This document shows positions 42,464 to 53,034 of a stretch of DNA of 64,000 bases, piece after piece. Both the position numbers and the translations under genes were made by a program. Below the pieces are notes generated by a model. That model saw nothing but the letters and a program-made list of their open reading frames with translations, was not told the origin of the DNA and did no database searches. The stretch lies in the IMG/VR virus record IMGVR_UViG_2585427708_000005; one strand, 5' to 3'. The number at the start of each line of letters is the position of its first letter. Within the stretch, counting starts at the first letter, position 1. The DNA is from a virus (Duplodnaviria > Heunggongvirae > Uroviricota > Caudoviricetes).

Positions 42464-42506
42464 AAGGATAAAGCCATCGATAGAAATATTGATGGCTTCA
42501 TGTACT

Positions 42507-43079
42507 CTATTTATACAATACAACACCGCTCTTTTTTGTTATATATGTGCAGTTCGATGGTATATCTTTATTTATAAAAGACATTGCACCTATTTTTACA
42601 TTATCCCCAATTTTACGTGATAATCCAATGATGCAACAATTAGCTCCGATATCAACGTTATTACCAATTTTTACTCTTGAACCAGGCATGTCACCATCTA
42701 CCTGTCCAATGGTAGTATTCTGTCGCAAAACCAGATTTTCACCAGCATCAACAGCAAAATGAACAACAATTCCAGTATGATGGGGAATTGTTAAACCTTT
42801 TCCAATATTTGCGCCCAATCCAATTTCGCAACCAAATCTGTTAATTATATTATTGTTTAACTTTCTGGCTGCTTTCTTATGTAATTTATTGCCATTAATA
42901 TACATTTCATTAGCCAGTCTCCACCAGAAAAGGAAATTCCGATTGCGCTGCTTCTTCTCTCTTAATAGTCGCCAAACATCCATTTTTTCACGCCTGATGA
43001 TTTCAGCCATCCAGTAGCTCAATAGAGCTTTTGAATTCCCGAAGATGACAAAGTGAATAGCTATTAAGTAACATAACAT
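42507..43079 (-). CDS. hexapeptide-repeat acetyltransferase (left-handed beta-helix family)
   Basis: repeated [LIV]G-x-x-x-x-I hexapeptides (IGLGANIGKGLTI, VKIGNNVDIGANCCIIG, IGDNVKIGAMSFI); AT-rich; convergent with tail fibre operon. Confidence 0.7.
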   Translation of the reverse strand: MLCYLIAIHFVIFGNSKALLSYWMAEIIRREKMDVWRLLREKKQRNRNFLFWWRLANEMYINGNKLHKKAARKLNNNIINRFGCEIGLGANIGKGLTIPHHTGIVVHFAVDAGENLVLRQNTTIGQVDGDMPGSRVKIGNNVDIGANCCIIGLSRKIGDNVKIGAMSFINKDIPSNCTYITKKSGVVLYK

Positions 43080-43834
43080 ATTGCAACTGCCTATATTTTT
43101 TGGTTTCTATGTTTATATATTGACATTATAATTAAAACAATAATCATCAGTGTGTTACTGCGTTCCTGCTAAACTAAATCAACGCACAATGTAAACACAA
43201 ATGTTAATTTTAAACTGAGCGCTAAAGGGATGTCAATATTGTATTGATAATGAGTTGCAAGATTGCCAACACTTTCTATATTTTTGGATGTAATAATTTA
43301 TATTTTATCTATTTAGTGTTTCTTTAGACTTATTAAGGATGTCATTATTAATTTATGGCTTGCCATTTCTATACATATCTGTTAAAAATTTTGACTTGTT
43401 TGTTGAAAATAGATTTAATTGATTGGTTTATTTTTTACATGACGCTCTTTAATATAGCTTCAGGTATATATAAGCACAATGCATTATTTCCAGAGGAAAT
43501 TAACAAAATTGTTAGCTCTTATTTGTTGAGCTTATAGATATTAATTAAGGCCCGATTCCGGGCCTTTCCTCATTCCGGCTTTTCGGGAAACGTTACTGGA
43601 AGGATGGAGGTATCCGTGGATTCGACTTTCTGCGCATAGAGAATCCACTCGGTTAATTTTTGTTTACCCTGAACGGAAATAATGCCTAGCCGTAACTGTG
43701 AGTCCCAGAGCTGAGTTTTATCCCTGACGAGCTGTAGCAGGCTTTGCTTTTCTTTTTCCGCTTGTTGTCTTTGCATGACCGGTTGAGAAGTTACTTTGCA
43801 TACCATTACCTCCTGACAACGTAGGAGGGAACTT

Positions 43835-44164
43835 GTGCTTGACACACAGGAATTAGCTCCAGTTGCTATTGCGCTCCTGCTTTCAGTAATTGGTGGGATA
43901 GGCACGTTCCTGATGGATGTCCGAGACGGTCGCCAGTCTGGCAATTTGTTGGGATTGGTTACGGAGATCTTTGTTGCAGTGACAGCTGGCGCGGTGGCGT
44001 ACCTATTGGGGCAACACGAGGGCTGGGAGTTATCAATTACGTACTTAATGGTAACGATAGCCAGCAATAACGGTCATGAGGTGATTTCAGGGATGAAACG
44101 AGTGAATATCGATAGCATTCTGAATGTTCTTACAAGTTTGGTGAAAAAGGGAGGTGGGAAATGA
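43835..44164 (+). CDS. lydA: holin (LydA-like)
   Basis: GTG start after GGAGGG; 109 aa with TM segments (VAIALLLSVIGGIGTFLM; IFVAVTAGAVAYLLG); upstream of 147-aa LydB-like gene. Confidence 0.6.
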   Translation: MLDTQELAPVAIALLLSVIGGIGTFLMDVRDGRQSGNLLGLVTEIFVAVTAGAVAYLLGQHEGWELSITYLMVTIASNNGHEVISGMKRVNIDSILNVLTSLVKKGGGK

Positions 44165-44604
44165 TTGGCTGGGGTGTATGCGCTCTTGCGTTAGCCTTAG
44201 CCGATCGCTATTTGCTAAAACGCAAGGACATCACGCATTTAGAACTTGGTGATGTGGAAATTAAACCGGGTTTCATCCGGGTGCCGTTCAAATACCGGTC
44301 TAAATTCCCGTTTTTGCGCGGCGCAACGGTCAGATATTGGATCCGCGATGTTCAGAAGCCAACGACAGTGATTGAAGGCGAACAACGTTGTCTGACGTCG
44401 GCTGAACAGGGCGAAAACAGTGAATGGTTGTACATACCCACTGAATATATGGGTAAAGGAGAACGGCTGTGGCATTTCAACGTCATGGTTACGCATGGCG
44501 ACTCGTTCATTAACCCGTTGTATCGGATTTTCCCTGTTACTCAGCAAATCCGCAGAAGTTACGTAATAAATCTCGCACAGGATGTGTCAGATGACGAAAA
44601 ATAA
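44161..44604 (+). CDS. lydB: antiholin candidate (LydB-like)
   Basis: 147 aa, coupled to lydA by overlap; size and position match P1 LydB. Confidence 0.5.
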   Translation: MIGWGVCALALALADRYLLKRKDITHLELGDVEIKPGFIRVPFKYRSKFPFLRGATVRYWIRDVQKPTTVIEGEQRCLTSAEQGENSEWLYIPTEYMGKGERLWHFNVMVTHGDSFINPLYRIFPVTQQIRRSYVINLAQDVSDDEK

Positions 44605-45193
44605 GTATGCAACGGTCGATTTTGACCAGGTTAATGAAAAGGGGCTGAAATCCCTTATCGCGGCGATCAATAAAACCGGTGTTACGGTAATTGAGGTTGA
44701 CTCCAGCAACCGCGCAACAACGAAAGATGGTGTTAAAGTTAAAACCGCAAAGCTGGTTCTTAACGACGGACAAATTCTTGCCATACAGGTAAACGATACT
44801 GGCGATATATCGTCTGTGAGGCTGAATGGAAAAGCTATTCCTAACGCTCAGTCGCCGGATATCAAGACGCTTGGTACCGTCATGGGGCAAGCGGCCCGCA
44901 AAAACTCCGCAAAATTCCAGAAATCACTGATCGCCAAAGCGAAACGTGTTGCCAATCCGGTAGACAAGAAACCGGCAGTAAAATCCAACTTTCAGCGCCT
45001 GCAAGAGGCAAAACAGCGGAATGCTCAGGTGGTTGCCGCTTATAAATCAGCGCAGAACTCGGTGTCTTTCAATCAACAGCAGATCACTGATTTGCGGGCG
45101 AAGCTGGATAAGGAGACAGGCCGACTCAATAACGAAAAGGCCCGAAATGGCGAACTCAAACGCCGTCTTAAGCAACTGAAAGCAGGAAATTAA
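44591..45193 (+). CDS. Hdf-like protein (first gene of Dar operon by position), 200 aa
   Basis: overlaps lydB end; Lys-rich; shares with the DarA-like protein the segment L-A-x-K-N-S-A-K-F-Q-[KR]-[SA]-x-x-x-K-[AK]. Confidence 0.5.
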   Translation: MTKNKYATVDFDQVNEKGLKSLIAAINKTGVTVIEVDSSNRATTKDGVKVKTAKLVLNDGQILAIQVNDTGDISSVRLNGKAIPNAQSPDIKTLGTVMGQAARKNSAKFQKSLIAKAKRVANPVDKKPAVKSNFQRLQEAKQRNAQVVAAYKSAQNSVSFNQQQITDLRAKLDKETGRLNNEKARNGELKRRLKQLKAGN

Positions 45194-45194
45194 C

Positions 45195-47114
45195 ATGGAA
45201 CAGTTCAATATCAATAAAGGGGTGGCGATCAAGCCTGGGCTTGACGTGCTTCCCCCGCCAGTGACTGATGATGAATATCGCGCATTAATGGCCGGTGAGG
45301 ACCGCTATCTGATGACGGAATCCAACACCCTGGAGGAAATCGAGGCTACGTTCTTCTATGACACGCCGATCCACTGGTGTGCTACGGATTTACTGGAGGC
45401 GATTAGTTCTACTCGTTTGCAGCTACACCGGACCATGCAGGCATTTGTCCGGGCATTGAACCAGAAGCTGAATGGTACCGGAATCTCTGCGGGGAGTGAT
45501 AAAACGGGGGACGTGGCCCAGAACGGTGCACGCGCGATCGGCGGGGCTGAAATTGGCCGGGCGCGTAACGTTAACGGGCTGCCGGTTCTGCCAGCCATTA
45601 TTCCGCTCAGTGATGGTCAGACTATCAGCATTCTGTTTCATAGCCCGACAGCGGAAAACCGGATCACCAATAGCGATACGCTGATTGCTTTCCAGTTCTT
45701 ACTGAATAAAAAAGACGTTACTCATACCGTTGCTCCGATGAGTGGACGTGATATGACGCTGGCGCAGGTCACCATGAAACTTGCCAACCTTGCAGAGAAA
45801 AACTCGGCAAAATTCCAGCGTGCGCAGAAGAAGAAAAAAGCCCTGGTTGATGAAATAACCCAACTACAGGCTGACAGTGACCAGAAAGAGGATGCCATGA
45901 GCGACCTCGCGGATCAGGTGGCAGCGGTAGAAGGCCAGAAGGCAGATCTGGAGCAGAAAATTAACGTGGTTGCTTCGGAAGCGGATTCTCTTTATCAAGA
46001 AAATGAGCGTTTGCAGGCGGAGATTGATCAGCTCAATCGCACTGGTGGGCGCGATACCATTGCTCCTGCGGGGATGACTGGTGGGCACTCTCGCGTGCTG
46101 ACGGATCGCCTTGCCAGTATCAAAAATCGTATGCATATGGACGGGGAAGCGACGCTCAGTAATGGTGCATCAATGAAGCAATTCATTGGGGATGGCGAAG
46201 GGTATATCCAGTTAACCGATCCGGATGGCAGCGTATACATGATCAAGGCTAAATCCATACAGGGTGTGGACATGGCAGATGCGATCGGCAAGCTGTTTAA
46301 AGCCTATAAAGCGGGTAATGTATCGGAATACCTGGTCCAACCAGAAGAACATAAACCGGAAAACGTCGAACCTGAACCAGCGGAGGATACCGGTAGCTCT
46401 TCGCCTGAACCAGAAGTCTCTGTAGGTGCATATCGATATGCCCTGCAAATGCGTCCGGCGGCCCCTGGCGCAATACCTGAAGGTAACAAAGCAATTCTGC
46501 CGCGCCCTGATGAAGGTGACCCGTATTATGAATATGCACGCTACGGCATTGCTACTTACGATACCCCGCTTTCTGATCAGCAAATGAGTGAGTACGACCT
46601 GAAGTTATTGCCTCGCGAGGATTCTTTCGACTTCCTGGCGAAGACACTTACTAATGGTCCGTTTGGCAAATATGCACAAAAAGCTCTGGAGCTGGCCACC
46701 AGCTCACCAGACGAGTTCCGCGTAATGCTGAAGACTCAGTTTCAAAAAACTTTCCCCAATATTGCGTTTCCGGGGGGCGCTGGCACCGAGAAAATGGTGC
46801 AGAGCATGATCAATGCATTGCAGGCCGAAGTCGGTGAGATTACTCAGCCAGAACCGGCCCCGGCACAGCCTGATGAAACGGTTAGCGAAGCAGATGCAGA
46901 GGCTAATAAAGCCATTGAATATCTCAATAACGTGATGGATATGCAAAGCACTGACATGGCGGAGATCCGTAACGCCCGGGGCAATGTCCGGGAAGCGATT
47001 GCAGCCCTTCAGGCTGCCGGACGTTTTGAGGAAAACGAAGAGCTGGTTAATGGCGCTGCTCGCCACCTGGCTGATCTGCTGGTAGCAATCCAGAAAGCGG
47101 GGGTAGCGGCATGA
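45195..47114 (+). CDS. darA: DarA-like antirestriction/internal head protein precursor
   Basis: 639 aa, identical in length to P1 DarA as remembered; position after lydAB-hdf. Confidence 0.6.
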   Translation: MEQFNINKGVAIKPGLDVLPPPVTDDEYRALMAGEDRYLMTESNTLEEIEATFFYDTPIHWCATDLLEAISSTRLQLHRTMQAFVRALNQKLNGTGISAGSDKTGDVAQNGARAIGGAEIGRARNVNGLPVLPAIIPLSDGQTISILFHSPTAENRITNSDTLIAFQFLLNKKDVTHTVAPMSGRDMTLAQVTMKLANLAEKNSAKFQRAQKKKKALVDEITQLQADSDQKEDAMSDLADQVAAVEGQKADLEQKINVVASEADSLYQENERLQAEIDQLNRTGGRDTIAPAGMTGGHSRVLTDRLASIKNRMHMDGEATLSNGASMKQFIGDGEGYIQLTDPDGSVYMIKAKSIQGVDMADAIGKLFKAYKAGNVSEYLVQPEEHKPENVEPEPAEDTGSSSPEPEVSVGAYRYALQMRPAAPGAIPEGNKAILPRPDEGDPYYEYARYGIATYDTPLSDQQMSEYDLKLLPREDSFDFLAKTLTNGPFGKYAQKALELATSSPDEFRVMLKTQFQKTFPNIAFPGGAGTEKMVQSMINALQAEVGEITQPEPAPAQPDETVSEADAEANKAIEYLNNVMDMQSTDMAEIRNARGNVREAIAALQAAGRFEENEELVNGAARHLADLLVAIQKAGVAA

Positions 47115-47476
47115 CACTATCAGCTATTGAGTTAATGGATCTCAGCGATAAGTTGGATGCTCTGATGTCCAAAGCGGCTACCGCGAGTGGCATGGAGTTG
47201 CTGGATATCAGCGATGAAATTGACCAGATCATGCAACAGATGGGGTACGGCGCGTCCGGCGGCAGTAGTGGCGAGGAAAAACAACCTTCGGTACATGATG
47301 GTGTGCCAAAACTGGTTGCTGATTTCCTGGCTGATAAATTCGTCGATCAGAGCACAGATGCATTTATCGGTACCTTGCAGGACTTGAGTCAATATGTTGG
47401 CACATACATCGACCTGGACCAGGTTAAACAGCACACGGCGGCATGGATAGCCGCCAACATTAAAGAGGCAGCATAA
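47111..47476 (+). CDS. DdrA-like small protein (121 aa)
   Basis: coupled to darA (overlap); acidic. Confidence 0.5.
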   Translation: MTLSAIELMDLSDKLDALMSKAATASGMELLDISDEIDQIMQQMGYGASGGSSGEEKQPSVHDGVPKLVADFLADKFVDQSTDAFIGTLQDLSQYVGTYIDLDQVKQHTAAWIAANIKEAA

Positions 47477-47488
47477 GGCGTAACAGGG

Positions 47489-50476
47489 ATGAGCTTAAGC
47501 GATCAGGTGGTAATGGCCACCAGCATAGAAACGCTGATCGAGCTGCTAAAGAACCTGCCCGATTATGGGCGGGTTTCGTATGTGGTGACAGCGAAGGGAG
47601 ACGAGGTAAAAACAGCGTTTGATATCGTCGATGCCTCAGTTCTTTTGGTATCCAATACTCTGGATGGGAAAATTAATCCAGACTATCCCCAGGAACTTCA
47701 GCCGCGCGACCGGACCCGCGCATCCAGCCTTCTTCAGGTTAACCAGATATCCAAAGATTTGCGGCCTGCTCAGCTTACCGATTCCGGTTTATCCAGCCAT
47801 GGCGCGCCGATAATTGGTGAGGACAATGCCGTTGAGTCAGGTAATGGACGGACCATGGGGATCATCAAAGCCTATCAGGACGGCAATGCGGATCGGTATC
47901 GTGAGTACCTGATTGATCATGCGACCGAATTCGGCATACGACCTGAAAAGGTTGAATCAATGACGGCTCCGGTACTGGTGCGCCGCCGGTTAACTAAGGT
48001 TGACCGCGTTCAGTTTGCCAAGGACTCAAATATTTCTGATCTTCAGGAAATGGCAGCCAGTGAAAAGGCTTTTGTTGATGCCGACAGCATAACACCGGCG
48101 ATGATGGCGCTTTTTAACCCGTCAGAAAGCGGAGATCTGCTTAGCCGCAGTAATGACGCGTTTATTCGCGGATTTATGACGCAAGTTGGTGCCACACAGG
48201 CGGCTGGCCTTGTAACTGAAGATGGGCGACCAACACGGCAACTTGTTGACCGTATACAAAACGCGATCTTTGCCAAGGCATATAAGGATGCGCGCCTGGT
48301 AAGGATGGTTGCAGAAGAACCTGATCCGGATATGCGTAATGTTCTGACGGCGCTTAATGCGGCAGCCAATGATTTTGTCCAGATGCAGGCTTTATCAGGA
48401 GAAGCGCACAAGCAGGCTGTGACAACTATTGTTGATGGCATTGAGACATCGGATAGCCTCGATAAAAAGGCGCTGGCGGCATTGAAAGATGCGGTAGACC
48501 TGGTAAGGCAATCGAAGGAGTCAGGCCAGCATATTACCGATGTTATTGCTCAGGGGGATATGTTCAGCGAAACGGCCCCGGAAGTGAAAGCACTCGCGTT
48601 GTTCATCGTCGCGAATAACCGTAGCGCGAAGCGTATGGCCACCGCCTTTAAGTTGATGGCGCAACGTATCAATGATGAGTTACAGCACCAGGGCCAGGCG
48701 CTCGGGGATATGTTTGGCGGCGGCGATGTGTCGTTACAGGATATCCTTCGCCAGGTATCTCAGGAACTGGAAAACGAAGGTATGCAAGGGATATCTGGCG
48801 GTCTTTTCGAGTCAGCTTCTGGCGGTAGTTACAACGGTGTTGCTCCATATACCAGCTTGCTATTACATCGGGCATCCGGCATCAAAGACATTATTCATCT
48901 GATCAGGCTGCTTTCCCGTACAGATCCCCAGGATGAACAGCTTGTTCAAGTGCTTGCGCATTTTGTTCGAATGCCTGTTGCCGACGTGAAAAAATGGTGC
49001 CGATTATTCGGTATCAGCAATTCGTTACTTCGCGGCTTGTTAAATCACGCATCCTCCCTTGGGCGCGATGGCTTTGACGAGATAGCGCAGGCGATAAAAA
49101 ACGGAGATATGCCACCAGCTATTGACTGGTTTTCCATTCGCCCAACCAGGGTGAAAGCATTCCTTAGCGCGGCGCATTCGGCATCACCATTGGCAGAAAT
49201 GGTTCAGAGGTTATCGCTCATATTCACAGACCATACCGCGTTGGGTGATCTGACTCTGGACGAGATGAAGGAAGCCTCCATTCAGTGGGCCGATCAACAA
49301 AATGAGGTTAACTCAGACTTCTTGCCAGCATTCAGGAAGGCCGTTAGTAAAGCGGATGATGCCCGTGGAATTCTGAAGGCATTTAAGGCATTGCAAAGTC
49401 GTGTTAATAAACATGTCGGTGATATCGATGGGGTAACGGCGGAAGGCCGGGATATCCTTAAAGAGCACGGCATAACGCCAGAGTTTATTGATGAGATCAG
49501 GACTGATATGCAGCGTGAGGTCGTATCGTCCCTGCAAATCGTAGCCAGAGCGTTGGCGGATGCTAATCCGAAGAGTGCGGCCATTGTTAACCGGGTTATT
49601 GGTGATATTGAAGCATCGGAGGGCATGGGGGCGCTGAAACTCTTCCTTTCGCGAGCGTTTAATCCTAACGGCAATATTCTCCCTGGCATTATTGGTGAGG
49701 CTAAAAAGTATGTCAGTGAAGAAGAACTTGAGCAGCTTGACCAACTACTTAAGCGATTCTCATATAACCCGCAGACACGCTGGCAAATGAATCAGCGAAG
49801 TATGGGTTCGGTCCACGAGAAAGTGTTATCTGCCATGAACAGTGCGATCGCAAACTCATCCGTATCTGAAGAAAAAGCTCTTGAGTGGGCCGACTCTTTT
49901 ATCACAGAAGAAGTGGAAGAAGTCCGCGCTGGACAGAATGGTGGGATAGACCTGCGCAAGGAACTTGCTGATATTTATCGCCTGACCGGCGGGAAAATAT
50001 CGACCTTATCAAAGGTAGTTCACCACCAGGGAAGGGCATATGCAAATCTAAATGGTGTTGTTGCTGTCAATTTGAACGATAAAAATGCAAGTGCACTGTG
50101 GCACGAGCTGGGTCATCATCTTGAGTACAGTAACCCTGGTTTGTTAGAGAAAGCCCGGTCATTCCTGAAGGCCAATGTTGAAGGGGATAAGCCATCATTC
50201 GTCAATATCGGTGGGCGTGGCAAGCCTGAATGGTGCTTCAGATCTCGATTGAGTAATATTTATATGGCGAAAGTATACCCGCCAGCCTCAGTAAGTAATT
50301 CCGGGAAAATTCGGCAGAAATCACCGACTATTTCCAAAACGTCAGCAACGGAAGTATTCTCTATGGCTCTTCAGTTGTATCATGACAAAGAGGCCGCTGC
50401 CGCATCACTGATGAATGGTGACGGATTGCTGGAACTGTTATTAGGTGTGGCAAAGGAGCTAAATAATGCAGATTAA
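47489..50476 (+). CDS. DdrB-like large protein (995 aa)
   Basis: position in Dar operon; no catalytic motif recognised. Confidence 0.5.
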   Translation: MSLSDQVVMATSIETLIELLKNLPDYGRVSYVVTAKGDEVKTAFDIVDASVLLVSNTLDGKINPDYPQELQPRDRTRASSLLQVNQISKDLRPAQLTDSGLSSHGAPIIGEDNAVESGNGRTMGIIKAYQDGNADRYREYLIDHATEFGIRPEKVESMTAPVLVRRRLTKVDRVQFAKDSNISDLQEMAASEKAFVDADSITPAMMALFNPSESGDLLSRSNDAFIRGFMTQVGATQAAGLVTEDGRPTRQLVDRIQNAIFAKAYKDARLVRMVAEEPDPDMRNVLTALNAAANDFVQMQALSGEAHKQAVTTIVDGIETSDSLDKKALAALKDAVDLVRQSKESGQHITDVIAQGDMFSETAPEVKALALFIVANNRSAKRMATAFKLMAQRINDELQHQGQALGDMFGGGDVSLQDILRQVSQELENEGMQGISGGLFESASGGSYNGVAPYTSLLLHRASGIKDIIHLIRLLSRTDPQDEQLVQVLAHFVRMPVADVKKWCRLFGISNSLLRGLLNHASSLGRDGFDEIAQAIKNGDMPPAIDWFSIRPTRVKAFLSAAHSASPLAEMVQRLSLIFTDHTALGDLTLDEMKEASIQWADQQNEVNSDFLPAFRKAVSKADDARGILKAFKALQSRVNKHVGDIDGVTAEGRDILKEHGITPEFIDEIRTDMQREVVSSLQIVARALADANPKSAAIVNRVIGDIEASEGMGALKLFLSRAFNPNGNILPGIIGEAKKYVSEEELEQLDQLLKRFSYNPQTRWQMNQRSMGSVHEKVLSAMNSAIANSSVSEEKALEWADSFITEEVEEVRAGQNGGIDLRKELADIYRLTGGKISTLSKVVHHQGRAYANLNGVVAVNLNDKNASALWHELGHHLEYSNPGLLEKARSFLKANVEGDKPSFVNIGGRGKPEWCFRSRLSNIYMAKVYPPASVSNSGKIRQKSPTISKTSATEVFSMALQLYHDKEAAAASLMNGDGLLELLLGVAKELNNAD

Positions 50477-50786
50477 AATCGCAGCGCCATTAGGCGGAGA
50501 TGCCATTATCGAATTTGATGATAATGAAGAAGTTTCCGGGCGTTTGAGCATTATCTCCGGTGACATTACCGAGGACATGATCGCTGAAGCCATAGCTGGG
50601 GCAAATCCCAATAGCTATATGGGATTCGTTAACACCCTTGATGCTCCCGCAAGTGATGTTCTCCGAACGCTGCATCTTTACGCTGGCTGGTTTGTTGATT
50701 GGCCAGCAGTAGATGGTGGCGATGAGGATGATGATGACGATGAAGAGGTTTTTAGTGATGAAACAGTAAACCAACTCTTGTATTGA
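50466..50786 (+). CDS. small highly acidic protein (106 aa)
   Basis: start overlaps ddrB end; C-terminal DGGDEDDDDDEE run. Confidence 0.45.
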   Translation: MQIKIAAPLGGDAIIEFDDNEEVSGRLSIISGDITEDMIAEAIAGANPNSYMGFVNTLDAPASDVLRTLHLYAGWFVDWPAVDGGDEDDDDDEEVFSDETVNQLLY

Positions 50787-50915
50787 CAGGAATTGGCATA
50801 GAATTGATTGTTCAAATTTCATCCATCACATAGACGACTTCATGTTATTTGCTTGATAATTATGGCCTTAATAACCCATGTATATCTTTTGGGTTATATT
50901 CTTATCTTTAACAAG

Positions 50916-50961
50916 GTTATAAGAGCGACAATGATAAATTTATCACTATCGCTCTTATAAC
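50916..50961. terminator. bidirectional terminator-like perfect inverted repeat (13-bp arms)
   Basis: gttataagagcga ... tcgctcttataac between convergent genes. Confidence 0.6.
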
Positions 50962-50989
50962 TCTTTGTTAGCTATAGCTTTAAACAAAT

Positions 50990-51277
50990 TTAGTTTTGAG
51001 GCAATGCAACAAAAGTCAGCTCTTGATCTTTGATTAATGCTTTTGTTTGTTTGGATGTAATTCCCACTTTAGTTTTTACATCATTGTGGAGCTTCTTATA
51101 CGCTTTTATTTCATCTGCTGTATATCGGAAGCCATTTGCACTGTTACTGGACAGTTGAAGTGCGATTACGTCATCACTGACACCCGCATCGCTTAGCTTA
51201 GCTATGCGGGTAATAGTGTGGCCTGCGCGAGTGTTTGGGGTGGATATTTTGTCTAAGAAATTGTTCAGTTTTTCCAT
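50990..51277 (-). CDS. hypothetical protein (95 aa)
   Basis: ORF with upstream RBS; no motif. Confidence 0.45.
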   Translation of the reverse strand: MEKLNNFLDKISTPNTRAGHTITRIAKLSDAGVSDDVIALQLSSNSANGFRYTADEIKAYKKLHNDVKTKVGITSKQTKALIKDQELTFVALPQN

Positions 51278-51498
51278 TGTTTACAACCTCTTACTTGAGT
51301 TTATTGCCAGTAGAATTGCCACTATTCTTTTGCCTCAACGAATCACAATGTACTGGAATAAGAAACTATGAGCAATACTTACGCTTTGCGAATACAGAAG
51401 ATGAATAATCAACTTATTACTAAAATGTTAATAATATTATTCTGTTACATAGTGTTCGCTATAACAATCGGGAGTTGAATGCTAATTCAATAAATAAA

Positions 51499-51522
51499 GA
51501 ACCCGCCAATTGGCGGGTTCTT
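51499..51522 (-). terminator. rho-independent terminator
   Basis: gaacccgcc-aat-tggcgggttc hairpin adjacent to stop of gene 51524-52312, T-rich on both sides. Confidence 0.75.
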
Positions 51523-51523
51523 T

Positions 51524-52312
51524 TTAATCACTTTCCACTTCTCCCGTGGTGTTTTCTTGCAGTTCTGTTAATGCAGCACGACATAGGTTCCGGGCATTGG
51601 CTATAGCCACACTTTTGACTTCATCCGTCATCGTGCAGGTAATGTACTGATCGAGTTCTTCATCGCGGATGATGCTTTTGCCAATCAGAAACTGTATTTG
51701 CCAGAGCAGATCGGCATCCATAATCAGAATTTCTGCCGGGCCTTCAGGGCCAGCCGGGAAGGAAACATAAGACTGTTTGCCCAGGCCGACAACTCGACAA
51801 CTTGCTTCAAGAATTGCGCGCTTGAGGTCTGACTTTATAACGGAAACAGGTTGATTTTCACCAGTGATTACGCCGTTGACATGGAAAGGCATGTAGCTTG
51901 AAATTCGCTCTACTTTCCATACGCCAGCAAGCGATCCTTCATGCAGCACAATGGGGGTAACCGCGAGTTTCATCTCACCATATAACTGCTGGCAGATAGC
52001 TGGATTGCTGAATACATCCAAAGGTTCACACTCAAACAGCGGCGCAATCTGCATGAGGTCCATCATGGTCATCCCTGGGGTACGAGCAGTAATGAATCTG
52101 CGCATACCAGTATCCATTGCGCTCCAGATTGCTACACCATGCTTTTTGCTCACTTCTTCAGTAAAGCCAAGGTGGCACATGATGGTTTTTTCGATAGCCA
52201 GATCAGAGATAGAAACCTTTTCGCCTGGCACTCCATCATTATTGACGGTCACTTCGACACTCTGGCCATTACGTAGGCGGTATTGAATGGTTTTAGTATT
52301 TTGTGCTGTCAT
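51524..52312 (-). CDS. hypothetical protein (262 aa)
   Basis: ORF downstream of ssb on same strand; no motif. Confidence 0.5.
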   Translation of the reverse strand: MTAQNTKTIQYRLRNGQSVEVTVNNDGVPGEKVSISDLAIEKTIMCHLGFTEEVSKKHGVAIWSAMDTGMRRFITARTPGMTMMDLMQIAPLFECEPLDVFSNPAICQQLYGEMKLAVTPIVLHEGSLAGVWKVERISSYMPFHVNGVITGENQPVSVIKSDLKRAILEASCRVVGLGKQSYVSFPAGPEGPAEILIMDADLLWQIQFLIGKSIIRDEELDQYITCTMTDEVKSVAIANARNLCRAALTELQENTTGEVESD

Positions 52313-52509
52313 AGTCTTTTCTCTGCTTAAAAACTGATGTATTGCGCCTTCAGGTTGGTTAGGAATGTTTTCCCACCAGCGAAAGCAATATCTCGGGGTG
52401 TTCTATTCGTTAAAAGCGCGTGCCATTGCCAACTTTGGCGTTTTTGAGCGAGTTCGTGCTTTTGTCGGCGTCTGGACCACCGCTTTTTTTTCAGTCGTTT
52501 TTTACACAT

Positions 52510-52998
52510 TCAAAACGGAATATCGTCGTCAAAGTCCATTGGAGGTTCGTTATTAGCGTTGCTCTGAGGTTTACCGCCACCACTGTATTGCTGGTGGTTT
52601 TGAGGTTGGTTTGATTGCCCCCAGCCATTTGTGGACTGTGAATCGTCGCGACGAGCGCCGATCATTTGCATGGTGCCGCCCTGGCTGACGATAATTTCCG
52701 TCGTGTAACGTTCTACACCGGCGTCATCTGTCCACTTACGGGTTTTAAGTTTCCCTTCGATGTAGACCTGAGAACCTTTTCGTAAATACTCACTCGCAAT
52801 TTCAGCAAGTTTTCCGAACAAAACGACTTTATGCCATTCTGTTTGCTCTTTCTGTTGGCCCGTTTGCTTGTCGCGCCATGATTCATTCGTTGCGATGCTG
52901 AGTCTTCCGACCGCTCCGCCATTTGGTATATACCTGATCTCCGGGTCTTGCCCCAGGGTACCAATCAGGATGACTTTGTTTACACCGCGTTGTGCCAC
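52510..52998 (-). CDS. ssb: single-stranded DNA-binding protein
   Basis: OB-fold N-terminus ([15 protein letters not shown]), Gly/Gln-rich linker, acidic tip DFDDDIPF. Confidence 0.9.
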   Translation of the reverse strand: MAQRGVNKVILIGTLGQDPEIRYIPNGGAVGRLSIATNESWRDKQTGQQKEQTEWHKVVLFGKLAEIASEYLRKGSQVYIEGKLKTRKWTDDAGVERYTTEIIVSQGGTMQMIGARRDDSQSTNGWGQSNQPQNHQQYSGGGKPQSNANNEPPMDFDDDIPF

Positions 52999-53017
52999 TT
53001 ATCTTACCTAATAAAAT

Positions 53018-53034
53018 AAATTAATTAGAGCAAT
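53018..53034. promoter_or_regulatory. C1 operator-like site upstream of ssb
   Basis: AAATTAATTAGAGCAAT, 16/17. Confidence 0.55.

Noticed and set aside
43570-44067. 165-aa minus-strand ORF upstream of lydA
   Set aside because: 5' half overlaps the lydA coding region on the opposite strand and the only good SD is the reverse complement of the lydA RBS hairpin; at most a short peptide could be real
45356-50822. Numerous short ORFs on both strands within darA and ddrB-like genes
   Set aside because: Embedded in long well-supported ORFs; GC-rich coding regions produce long antisense open frames
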